Assembly (NCBI GenBank): GCA_039679675.1
Contig: JBDKUN010000010.1
Span: forward strand, 1 to 59,849
DNA: 59,849 nt
Origin: Armatimonadota bacterium
Lineage (GTDB): Bacteria > Armatimonadota > UBA5829 > DTLH01
Direction of reading: 5' to 3'
Numbering within the stretch: the first letter of the stretch is position 1; each line of letters begins with the position of its first letter. Made by a program: the position numbers and the translations under genes. The notes under the pieces are model-generated. The model searched no databases. It saw only the letters and a list, made by a program, of their open reading frames with translations, and was not told the origin of the DNA. Of this stretch, positions 18,417 to 27,321 are shown in pieces.

Positions 18417-20588
18417 ATGCCGGTCAATTTTAAGCCTGTAGTGCGATATTATAGCGATTCACGCCTCATAAACGAAAAATTTGTTCATGAAACCGAAAAC
18501 TGGACAGCCCATATAGAATCAACTCCTGCTGACGGCAGGTTTGACGAGGTTGACCTGACAATAACCTTCAAGCTCATCGATGGTAAAGCGCAGAATTGCG
18601 CAGTCGGCCTGAAATTTGACTTTCCTGACTGGTCTCTTTCCAACTACGTTTGCATGCCCGCCGCGGTTTATGCCGGTAATAAGTTCGAGTCCCGCCCCAT
18701 CCCATATCCGCCGCTGCTTACAGACCCTGCCGATTGGGGAGTGGACAAACCCACCGTTATCACCGATATTCCCCGGCTGAATATAGGGGACGGCGAGTCA
18801 CGCATCCAGCTTATGGTCAGAGACCTCACAACCCCGGCATTCGGAGTATTCCTTGCGAATACAAAACAGGGATTGTGGATTACCACGGAGCAGGGAACAA
18901 GGCTCGGTGACTCAGGATTCGACTTTGAGGAAAGCGATGACCGCACACATTCGACGATTACCCTGCTGGCTCCCGGAATGCGGGAAGGCGTGTGTTACTC
19001 TATAGCGCAGCTCCAGATGCCGTCGACGGACAAGGGTGCCTGTTTCGATGCCGGAGACGAGGTAACTCTTCGCTGCAAAGTCTACACCTTTGCCTGCGCC
19101 GACATACCTGCCCTTTTTGACCGTTTCATAGAATTGCGCAAGGACTTCAACAAGCATCCTCAGCTAAAGCATGAGCTTCCATTCTCCGCAGCATGGGACC
19201 TTCTTGAAGAAAAGTATAACCGCGACAACTGGGAGGAAAAACACGGTTTCTACTGCGTCGGTGTCGGTGAGGGCGCAACCAACAAGTGGCAGCTCGGCTG
19301 GGTAGGCGGAGGAATGGCGACTGCTCCACTGCTCTCCGACGGTAGTGATCTATCCAAAGAACGCGCACTGCGCAATCTGGGCTTCATTTTCACGAAAACT
19401 GCCGCCCCATCAGGATTTCTTTACGGCATAGGCGACGGCGAAAACTTTTTTGGAGACGGGTTCAGCGTTATCCATCCTCATAATATGCTTTTGATAAGAA
19501 AAGACGCCGATATGCTGTATTTTGCATTGAAACAGTTCATTCTGCTTGATGCGATGGGCAGGCACGATGATATTTCTCAGGACTGGCTGCAGACAACCCG
19601 GAATCTCGCGGATGCCTTTGTGAGACTTTGGGAAAGGTACGGGCAGTTCGGGCAGTTTATCGATATTGCAACAGGAGATATATTGATAGGCGGGTCTACA
19701 AGCGCATCGACAGCCCCCGCGGGGCTTGCTCTTGCAGCAAAATACTTCGATGAGCCGAAATATCTCGATATTGCCATCAAATCAGCTGAGCAGTTCTACA
19801 ACCAAGACACCAGAGCAGGAATTACGACGGGCGGACCCGGTGAAATACTGCAGTGTGCGGACAGCGAGTCCGCTTTCGGACTTCTGGAGTCGTTTGTCGT
19901 CCTCTACGAGATAACACAAGATAGAATTTGGATAGAAAGAGCGGAAGATATGGCCAACCAGTGCGCCTCATGGTGCGTATCGTATGATTACAAGTTCCCG
20001 CCGGAGAGTCTCTTCGGCAGGTTGGACATGCGAGCTACCGGAAGCGTGTGGGCGAACGTCCAGAATAAACATTCCGCGCCGGGTATCTGCACTCTTTCGG
20101 GCGATTCACTGCTCAGACTCTACCGAGCAACAGGCAATACTTTCTACCTTGATCTTTTGATGGACATCGCGCATGGCCTCACCCAATATCTTTCACGCCC
20201 GGATAGACCGGTTGGGAACATGCCTTCCGGTTGGATGAACGAACGTGTAAATATGAGCGATTGGGAGAAAAATATCGGCGGCATATTCGACGGGTCGTGC
20301 TGGCCAGAGGTATCACTTATGCTTACTTATTCCGAAGTCCCCGGCATATACATCCGGCGCGATACCGGGCAGACGTGGGTTTTCGACAATGTGGAAGTCA
20401 GAAATGTTGAAAAACTCGGTTCAGGACTGAAACTGACGGTGCATAATCCCACAAACTTCGATGCCAGGGTCAAGTTGTTTGCCGAAGTCAATGCGGCATT
20501 AAGTAAGCCCCTCAGCCGGTATCCTTTGCTTCACTGCAGCGAGGTTTTCGTCCCGGCTGGAGGCATTTCGGACGTACATATGGCCTAA
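18417..20588 (+). CDS. Hypothetical protein, putative (alpha/alpha)-barrel glycoside hydrolase-like
   Basis: Long ORF; Trp/Gly-rich GWVGGG, GGPGEI, ESAFGLLES segments; start MPVNF after GGGAG. Confidence 0.6.
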   Translation: MPVNFKPVVRYYSDSRLINEKFVHETENWTAHIESTPADGRFDEVDLTITFKLIDGKAQNCAVGLKFDFPDWSLSNYVCMPAAVYAGNKFESRPIPYPPLLTDPADWGVDKPTVITDIPRLNIGDGESRIQLMVRDLTTPAFGVFLANTKQGLWITTEQGTRLGDSGFDFEESDDRTHSTITLLAPGMREGVCYSIAQLQMPSTDKGACFDAGDEVTLRCKVYTFACADIPALFDRFIELRKDFNKHPQLKHELPFSAAWDLLEEKYNRDNWEEKHGFYCVGVGEGATNKWQLGWVGGGMATAPLLSDGSDLSKERALRNLGFIFTKTAAPSGFLYGIGDGENFFGDGFSVIHPHNMLLIRKDADMLYFALKQFILLDAMGRHDDISQDWLQTTRNLADAFVRLWERYGQFGQFIDIATGDILIGGSTSASTAPAGLALAAKYFDEPKYLDIAIKSAEQFYNQDTRAGITTGGPGEILQCADSESAFGLLESFVVLYEITQDRIWIERAEDMANQCASWCVSYDYKFPPESLFGRLDMRATGSVWANVQNKHSAPGICTLSGDSLLRLYRATGNTFYLDLLMDIAHGLTQYLSRPDRPVGNMPSGWMNERVNMSDWEKNIGGIFDGSCWPEVSLMLTYSEVPGIYIRRDTGQTWVFDNVEVRNVEKLGSGLKLTVHNPTNFDARVKLFAEVNAALSKPLSRYPLLHCSEVFVPAGGISDVHMA

Positions 20589-20977
20589 CTTGTGTATTTA
20601 CGTTTCGGGTTTTTACGCTGCGGAAATGGCAGGTCTGTATAATCTATTGATTTACACAGATTTAATTCCCGCAGCATCGGAAATTGGCGAATGTCGTGCT
20701 TCGGGAAGAAAAGAATCCCGAAGCATAGTAATCTTCTTCCCCGACTGTTATAAAGTGTTAACTCAACAGGTCCAAACTTTACGATAGTGCCTGCCGCCAA
20801 GATGCGACACGGATGTCCCCCTTGATGGCGTATAGCTACTGACAACTGACTTATGCTAAAGTCCCAGTCCGTAGGTCTGAGAAGCCTCACGCCAATCCAC
20901 CCAGTTGCATCGAGAGCCAACATAATGACCAAGATGACTGCAAACGCTAAAAGAGCAACTCGAAATGCTCGACGCAT
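20585..20977 (-). CDS. Small membrane-anchored hypothetical protein, reading through a family-A repeat at its 3' end
   Basis: MRRAFRV + hydrophobic N-terminus; RBS AGGA; may be a fragment. Confidence 0.45.
   Translation of the reverse strand: MRRAFRVALLAFAVILVIMLALDATGWIGVRLLRPTDWDFSISQLSVAIRHQGGHPCRILAAGTIVKFGPVELTLYNSRGRRLLCFGILFFPKHDIRQFPMLRELNLCKSIDYTDLPFPQRKNPKRKYTS
20697..20725. repeat. Family A REP-like palindrome
   Basis: tgcttcggga-N9-tcccgaagca. Confidence 0.85.
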
Positions 20978-21060
20978 ATTCTTGATCCTCCTTACATTCC
21001 CAGCGCTTTGCACAAGGATCCTTGGTAGGGCCGCTGCCGCCAATGCCGCGTATCTAGGCA

Positions 21061-21096
21061 GATTAGCTTCGGCGCAAAAAAACGCGCCGAAGCATA
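21061..21096. repeat. Family A' REP-like palindrome
   Basis: gattagcttcggcgc-aaaaaaac-gcgccgaagcat; copies at 24418 and 24631. Confidence 0.85.
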
Positions 21097-21108
21097 CCAA
21101 AAAAGCAG

Positions 21109-24100
21109 TTATAACTTTATCTTGTAAATAGACGTGTCATTTGCTGTTATCCAGATCCCGGGAGAACACTCGCTCAGTAACCTGCACCCTGGGGTATTTG
21201 CAACAAGGGTCAGCTTGTTCTCAACCAAGTCCCACCTGTAAAGCTTTCCATCAGCAAGGAAGTAACAGAAACCATCGCTTCCAAGTCGCACTTGGCTCGG
21301 AACACCAACAGGCGAAACTCCTTTATAAAGCACTTCACGTTTCGCTGTGTCGACAAGCGCAATTTCCTCTCCTGATCCCGCCACCAAAACTCCATTGCGA
21401 GACACACCCGATACGTAAGTCAAATCTGAACCAGCCCAAAGTGTCATCGTTGATACTACTTTTCTCGTTTCAGGATCGAACGCGTAAATAATTGAGCTTT
21501 CTTGCGTAGGAGGATGACTTCGCTGCTGTCCCCACCGGTTCGTGCTACCCCAAATGAGCTTCGTTACCGGATCATAAGCAAGCGATGAAAGGTCCTGGTC
21601 TTTCACTATATGAGGATACACATCCACATGATTTGTCTGCGGGTCGATAACTGCCAGCACACCACCCAGGTTGTTATATGCGCTTTCTGAGCTTATATAG
21701 ACAAACTTACCGTCAGTTGCAGCACCACTGGGCCTGGTCTGCTTATAACGTGGACCTAGCTCGACAATCTCTTGCGGATTATTACCGAATGTAAATGGCT
21801 GATGAGGATCATAGATAGAGATGAGCGAACTGGTGTAAATTCCTATATAAGCTTTGCCATTGAAACCAACAACGCACGTCGGTTCACCGGTAGTGCGCGC
21901 AATCATGCTCTCCGCATATTCGATCTTTTTCGTTTTTGGATTGAGGTTAAAAAGATTCTGCTGGCTGTAATTTGCTCCGATTACACATTCTGGTGAAATC
22001 GCTTCTATGAACATCAGCAAATTGCCGCCCGGCGCCATATTCTGAAGCCGTTTACTGATCATTTTTTCACTTTTCAGATCATACTTAAAGGCAACACCAT
22101 AATGGCTGATTCCCACTACCCCGCCGAGAACAGCCTCTAGAAACCAAGATTCAGCCGGTCCCTTAGGGTCGCCACACAGGACGAGCTTCTCGTCACGTAT
22201 CTCCCAAAATCGGCTGCTCGGGAAGCTGACAGCAAACCGTTTTCCATTAACACTCACTTGCCGCAGAATGCTCTGATCACCAGTGGGTGGAGCGGGTAAT
22301 TTAGCGGTTGGATCACTTGCAGGGGCTGATGCCTGATCCACTTTGCGGCTTTTGGGGTCAAATACCATCCATACGTCACCAGGGCCCCATGGGTAAAAAT
22401 GGATCATTCCCTTATCATCTTCGCTAAAGGTTGTCACGTATTTTGTATTAGGAGCAACCTGTTTCCACAGAGTAGTTTTGCCTGTTTTAGTATCATATTC
22501 GCCAAAGCAGGCATTCGGGTATGTGCCGAAGTATATACAGCCGTTGGATGCTCCGAAAGCTTCCCAGGTATATTCTTCTTCAGGCACTTCCACGCTGATC
22601 TGTTTAAAAGATTTTGCTTTGGTATCAAATTTATAAGCACGGTTTGTGTGATACGGCATTATGTAGATGTTTCCATCAGAACCAAGCGCGGCAGCATGGG
22701 AGGCGATATCGTTGTTGGGAATATTGAAGCGCTTGAATGATAAATCCCGGCTATCTATCAAAAAGAGCCAGTTAGCATCAGTAGATCCACTGTATGAAAA
22801 AACTGCGAGAGTATGATTGTCTTGCAAATGCAGTATCCGCCGGGTGTAGCCGAGCAGCGTTCTCACTTCAGGAGTGCATAAAAGCTCCACCTGCGATAAT
22901 TTATCTTTATCGACTACTTGAACTTGCGGTGCACGTTTAAGTGGATTATTTGCTTGTCCATCAGCCATTAGACTGCCCCCCGGTATACATACAAATGAAG
23001 ATACTAAAAACAAAGTAAGAAAACTCTTGTATATCCGACCACTTTTCATCATCACTGAATGTTCACCACACGAAACACTGTTCCGCGAAATGGCTTTCAT
23101 TTCCTCCGAGGATGCTTCTGATATTTCATCAAAGCGATTAGCATTACGGCTGCCTGAACAAAGAAAAACTGCCGCACAGCTCAGCGCAAGCAGCATAAGT
23201 ATCCCAAGAACCAGCATCGGAGATATGGCCATTACTCTTGCAAGCAAGATCGGTGTAAAGCCTGGAATTAGTATAACCATGTAATAGATTGTAAGATAAT
23301 CCTGAACTTTTCCGGGTGCGGCATGCTCCATAATCGCCACTAAAACATAGCCCGCTATCAGTCCGCCAAGACTCACGAGTATCATCGGAGCAATCTGCCA
23401 TACACCAAATACAAAGGGAGACATGAACACTCCCAAAAATGCAATCAGTGCAATAATTGCACATACTCGCCCCACGCCTATCCTGGAAGCAAGATACCCA
23501 AAGATAATACTAGCAGGCACGCCAAACCAGGGCCGGACAGCAATCAAAAGAGAAACGTGATTCTCTTGAAGCCCCCGGGAGTTCTTGGCATACAAGAGCA
23601 TCAGGGATGATATAGACACTATTGTCGCAGCCAAAGCACCGCCTAGAAGTGACTGGCGAAATGGCTTATCTTCCCTTAATATCCCGCAAAGCCTTTTCCA
23701 ATACTCGCCAAAACTCACCCTGGGTTCTACATAGCTATAACGGTATTCTTTCTGCATAATCAGGCACAAAATCGCGAAAGCCCCACCCGCTGCGCTTATT
23801 ATCAATCCTAGCCCGTAATTCTTTGGATAAGAAAGCGGAGATTTGCTGCTAATCAACCAAGCTGCGCCCATCGCTCCGAAGACCCCAAAAAACTGCATCG
23901 TAGCACCGACATTACCGGTAACCTTAGCTCGCTTATCGGCTGGAAACATCTTCGAAAACAGGTCCCAGTTCGGGATAAGCGTTAACCCCATAGCAAACCC
24001 GTAAAGCACAATACTTACAAGCAAAATAATCAGCATAGCCGAACGCTGCATTGGAAACATAAGTGCCACACCCAATAGCAGCAAAGATCCATAAACAGGA

Positions 24101-24393
24101 AAACAAGTGAGCGTATATATGGGTTTTCTGGGAATGCCCGGCCGCATCAGCCATCCCATAAATACAACCGGAATATAAGCGATGCTGGTTATTGCGACCC
24201 CCGGCAACACAGCAAGCCAAGACGGCGCATGCAGTTTCATGGCAAGGTTCGGCACAAGTATTAGCATATCCGAGAAAGCACAGGCATATGCACAAACCGA
24301 GGCAATACCAAGATAAAGCATAAAATTGCGCAAGAAATATTTCTCAACAAAACTCTGCTCATCCGAATGCGGAGGATGACTTAAAGACATCAA
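21109..24393 (-). CDS. MFS-like transporter fused in frame to a signal-peptide-bearing beta-propeller-like protein
   Basis: About 410 aa polytopic membrane region; then MMKSGRIYKSFLTLFLV leader; then repeated DG.IY.G / YDP / IDP beta motifs. Confidence 0.7.
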   Translation of the reverse strand: MMSLSHPPHSDEQSFVEKYFLRNFMLYLGIASVCAYACAFSDMLILVPNLAMKLHAPSWLAVLPGVAITSIAYIPVVFMGWLMRPGIPRKPIYTLTCFPVYGSLLLLGVALMFPMQRSAMLIILLVSIVLYGFAMGLTLIPNWDLFSKMFPADKRAKVTGNVGATMQFFGVFGAMGAAWLISSKSPLSYPKNYGLGLIISAAGGAFAILCLIMQKEYRYSYVEPRVSFGEYWKRLCGILREDKPFRQSLLGGALAATIVSISSLMLLYAKNSRGLQENHVSLLIAVRPWFGVPASIIFGYLASRIGVGRVCAIIALIAFLGVFMSPFVFGVWQIAPMILVSLGGLIAGYVLVAIMEHAAPGKVQDYLTIYYMVILIPGFTPILLARVMAISPMLVLGILMLLALSCAAVFLCSGSRNANRFDEISEASSEEMKAISRNSVSCGEHSVMMKSGRIYKSFLTLFLVSSFVCIPGGSLMADGQANNPLKRAPQVQVVDKDKLSQVELLCTPEVRTLLGYTRRILHLQDNHTLAVFSYSGSTDANWLFLIDSRDLSFKRFNIPNNDIASHAAALGSDGNIYIMPYHTNRAYKFDTKAKSFKQISVEVPEEEYTWEAFGASNGCIYFGTYPNACFGEYDTKTGKTTLWKQVAPNTKYVTTFSEDDKGMIHFYPWGPGDVWMVFDPKSRKVDQASAPASDPTAKLPAPPTGDQSILRQVSVNGKRFAVSFPSSRFWEIRDEKLVLCGDPKGPAESWFLEAVLGGVVGISHYGVAFKYDLKSEKMISKRLQNMAPGGNLLMFIEAISPECVIGANYSQQNLFNLNPKTKKIEYAESMIARTTGEPTCVVGFNGKAYIGIYTSSLISIYDPHQPFTFGNNPQEIVELGPRYKQTRPSGAATDGKFVYISSESAYNNLGGVLAVIDPQTNHVDVYPHIVKDQDLSSLAYDPVTKLIWGSTNRWGQQRSHPPTQESSIIYAFDPETRKVVSTMTLWAGSDLTYVSGVSRNGVLVAGSGEEIALVDTAKREVLYKGVSPVGVPSQVRLGSDGFCYFLADGKLYRWDLVENKLTLVANTPGCRLLSECSPGIWITANDTSIYKIKL

Positions 24394-24417
24394 CTTAACC
24401 CTATTCTATGCTTCTAT

Positions 24418-24444
24418 GCTTCGGCGCGATTTTTGCGCCGAAGC
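24418..24444. repeat. Family A' REP-like palindrome (inverted relative to 21061 and 24631 copies)
   Basis: gcttcggcgc-gattttt-gcgccgaagc. Confidence 0.85.
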
Positions 24445-24481
24445 CCCCACTTTCGACATCCACGGCCTGAATGTGTCGTGA

Positions 24482-24614
24482 CTACCATCCGTCTACACTG
24501 TCTACCACTAAAGGGACTGTCCCATGCTCTACCAGGTATGAACTCTACTACAGAACTGGTCCAGAAACATGCTGCACCATCTATATACACATTGTGATGT
24601 CTCTTTGATGTCAA
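24482..24614 (-). pseudogene. Internally deleted REP-associated tyrosine transposase (RAYT/Y1) relic
   Basis: N-terminus HNVYIDGAACFWTSSVVEFIP resembles the RAYT first strand, joined out of frame to VEHGTVPLVVDSVDGW*; flanked by palindromes. Confidence 0.55.
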
Positions 24615-24630
24615 TGCTGCATATCCGATA

Positions 24631-24664
24631 GATTAGCTTCGGCGCAAAAAGCTCGCCGAAGCAT
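24631..24664. repeat. Family A' REP-like palindrome
   Basis: gattagcttcggcg...cgccgaagcat. Confidence 0.85.
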
Positions 24665-24698
24665 TCAAACGGAAAATCTGTTCCCTACCACCTATTTA

Positions 24699-26120
24699 CT
24701 AAAGCCGGTAATCGGCGGGGAGGACGCGGAGTTCGTCCCGGTATTTTGCGACGGTGCGTCTGGCGATCTTGATTCCCTGAGACGTTAAGCGCTCGGCTAT
24801 CTGACCATCGCTTAGTGGACGGCCATTCAATTTTTCCTGCGACAGCTTTCTAACAAGCTCTTTTATCGGCAGAGCAGAGTCGAAAACGAGATCGAACGGG
24901 ATGACTTCGCCTGTCGGGAGCAGAATGGACTTGTTATCCGTCGCCCTGCAAACGGTTGACTCGTGGAGCCCGACCTGCTGGGCAAGCTGTTTCCTCGTCA
25001 GGGGTTTGAGGTGAGCCGGCCCGTGCTTAAAAAACTCAATCTGGCATTTGAGAAGCTCTTCGGCGACCGTTCCGAGCGCGGTCTTGCGGAATTCCAGCGC
25101 GTCGATCAGGAATTTTGCGTTCTGCACGCTCTCTTTGACACGCTCCCGGTCGGAATCGGAAAAACCGTTCTTTTTCTGAGACATTTCGGTGTAGAGGCTC
25201 TTGTAAAGCTCGTCAACCGACACCCTGTTCGATACCGGGTCGAGCACTTCAGCGACCAGCCCAGTTTCTGAGTCCCTGATGATCACGTCTGGAGCGAGTT
25301 TCGCCTCTCTTCTCGGCGTCATATTCTGCCAGGGGTCTCTGAACACATTTGCGGGATGAGGGTTCAATGCTTCCCGGATAAATTTCAGTGCGGATATAAC
25401 AGATTCCCGCGAAATATCGAGCTGCCGGGCTACATCATCGAGCTTCATGCGGGAAACGCTCTCCCAGCAGTCGGATACGATCTTCGCGGCATTTCTGCTG
25501 TCTTCGGAATGCTCTTCGAGCTGCATCAACTGGATAAGCAGGCATTCCTGGAGGCTCCGCGCGGCGATTCCCGGAGGGTCGAGCTTCTGCACCTGATCCA
25601 GCACCTGCTCCAACTGAGGCACGCTTAGGTGGAACCGGCTTGCAATGTCGAAGAGCGGCTCTCTCAGATAACCGTCTTCATCCAGACAGTCTATGATGAA
25701 CTCGGCGATGGGAATATCTTCCGAACTCAGGTGAGTGTGAACCTGTTCTTTTAAGTGGTCTTCCAGCGAGCTCGGATTTGCGACCTGGGCGAACGGTTCG
25801 TAATAGGAATCGTCAGGCATTCCTGCGGCAGTCCACGGCTCCTCCGACCCCTCCGACCAGTCATCTTCCTGATCGGTGCTCACATCTTCCTCGCTCACCA
25901 CTTTAGCGCCACATGTGCTGCATACATCACCGAGAAGAGCAGCGCCGCACACGGGGCACGACCGCTCCTCCTGCAGTGCGAGTGCGGGATTTTCAGAAAT
26001 CTCCGCCTGGACGAACTCCTGCAGTTCCTGCAGGCTCATCTTGAGCACCGCTTTACCCATGAAATGCTCCGGAGCCATCACACCGGACTGTTTTTGCGAA
26101 AAACCAGTGCCGATTGCCAA
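24699..26120 (-). CDS. rpoN: RNA polymerase sigma54 factor
   Basis: ENPAL; LDEDGYL; DPPGIAARSLQECL; LHESTVCRA; RpoN box ARRTVAKYR. Confidence 0.96.
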   Translation of the reverse strand: MAIGTGFSQKQSGVMAPEHFMGKAVLKMSLQELQEFVQAEISENPALALQEERSCPVCGAALLGDVCSTCGAKVVSEEDVSTDQEDDWSEGSEEPWTAAGMPDDSYYEPFAQVANPSSLEDHLKEQVHTHLSSEDIPIAEFIIDCLDEDGYLREPLFDIASRFHLSVPQLEQVLDQVQKLDPPGIAARSLQECLLIQLMQLEEHSEDSRNAAKIVSDCWESVSRMKLDDVARQLDISRESVISALKFIREALNPHPANVFRDPWQNMTPRREAKLAPDVIIRDSETGLVAEVLDPVSNRVSVDELYKSLYTEMSQKKNGFSDSDRERVKESVQNAKFLIDALEFRKTALGTVAEELLKCQIEFFKHGPAHLKPLTRKQLAQQVGLHESTVCRATDNKSILLPTGEVIPFDLVFDSALPIKELVRKLSQEKLNGRPLSDGQIAERLTSQGIKIARRTVAKYRDELRVLPADYRL

Positions 26121-26143
26121 AGTGAATTACAACCTCACTATCT

Positions 26144-26512
26144 TTAAGAAGCGTCCAGTGCCAGTTCGATGGACCTTATTACATCATCCAGAATAAACGG
26201 CTTTCTTATACACGCCGAAACCCCGGATTCATAACCGCTTGCGATATCGGACTCCTCCGCGTAGCCGGTCATCAGAATAACCTTTGTTCTCGGAGATACC
26301 GACCCAATCTGCTTCGCCAGGGTGATTCCGACCGGCTCGTCCGTCAGAAACACATCAAGGAGCGCCGCATCGAAATCATTCTCCGCTGCCAACTGCCCGG
26401 CGGTCGAAACATCCGAGCAGACCGCAACATCATAGCCTTCGAGTTCCAGAACATCCTGCAGCACCGCGCGGAGCCCGGCTTCATCATCTACAACCAGAAT
26501 CCTGCCAGCCAT
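26144..26512 (-). CDS. Single-domain response regulator
   Basis: ILVVDD, LLD, MTGY, KPF motifs. Confidence 0.92.
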   Translation of the reverse strand: MAGRILVVDDEAGLRAVLQDVLELEGYDVAVCSDVSTAGQLAAENDFDAALLDVFLTDEPVGITLAKQIGSVSPRTKVILMTGYAEESDIASGYESGVSACIRKPFILDDVIRSIELALDAS

Positions 26513-26513
26513 T

Positions 26514-27269
26514 TCATACTCTCCCGGTAGGCAGCGTGATAGCCATGGCAGTCCCGCCCGGCCCGGTCTCGCAGACTTCGATATTTCCGCCAAGCTGTCG
26601 CATAAATTTGAGGCTTCTCGTCAGACCAAGCCCTCTGGACTTCTCTCTTGTCGAGAAAAACGGTTCAAATATCCTCGGAAGCGCATCATCCGCGATCCCT
26701 GTGCCGGTGTCCTTTACGGTAATCCGAACCATACCGCCGGTTTCCGGCTGTTCGACCTCCACAGTCACCGTTCCGTCACCCGACGCGGAGCGGAGGGCGT
26801 TCGACAGCACTTCGTAGAGCACACGGGCTATGAGCTCTTTGTCCGTCTGCACGGTCAGGGATGCGCTATTCGACGTAATGCTGATGCTGCACTCGCTTTT
26901 GCCGAAAGAGGCCAACTCGAACGCATCTCTGACAGCCTGAATAATATCAACATCCCCGTTTTCCACATCTCTCGGCCTGGTAAAGTCCAGCATCTCGGCA
27001 GTAATCTGGGCACACCTTTCGATCTGGCTCCGTATCGTCTCGATATACCGCATGTAGACTGCGAGAGCCTCCGGGTCTGATATATCGCGCTCAAGACGCC
27101 TCGACAAAAGCTGCGCGTTTCCGGATATCGTGCCGAGCGGGTTGTTGATCTGATGCGCAAGCCACGCGGCCAGACGTCCGGCAGCCTCTAATTTCTCCGA
27201 GTTTATCTGCTCGCAAACCTCATCACAGGATCGGCCAGACTGCCTCTCCACATCGACATCATCCTGCAT
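26514..27269 (-). CDS. Cytoplasmic histidine kinase without sensor domain (start uncertain)
   Basis: LAHQINNPL H-box; NA, DTGTGI, FEPFFST, GLGL boxes. Confidence 0.88.
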   Translation of the reverse strand: MQDDVDVERQSGRSCDEVCEQINSEKLEAAGRLAAWLAHQINNPLGTISGNAQLLSRRLERDISDPEALAVYMRYIETIRSQIERCAQITAEMLDFTRPRDVENGDVDIIQAVRDAFELASFGKSECSISITSNSASLTVQTDKELIARVLYEVLSNALRSASGDGTVTVEVEQPETGGMVRITVKDTGTGIADDALPRIFEPFFSTREKSRGLGLTRSLKFMRQLGGNIEVCETGPGGTAMAITLPTGRV

Positions 27270-27321
27270 TGATCGGATGTTCAAAACAACTCTCCAACTG
27301 ATTTGTAAGATTATCGGGGGG

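Noticed and set aside
18233..18427. 64-aa minus-strand ORF
   Set aside because: Largely a translation of the family C repeat
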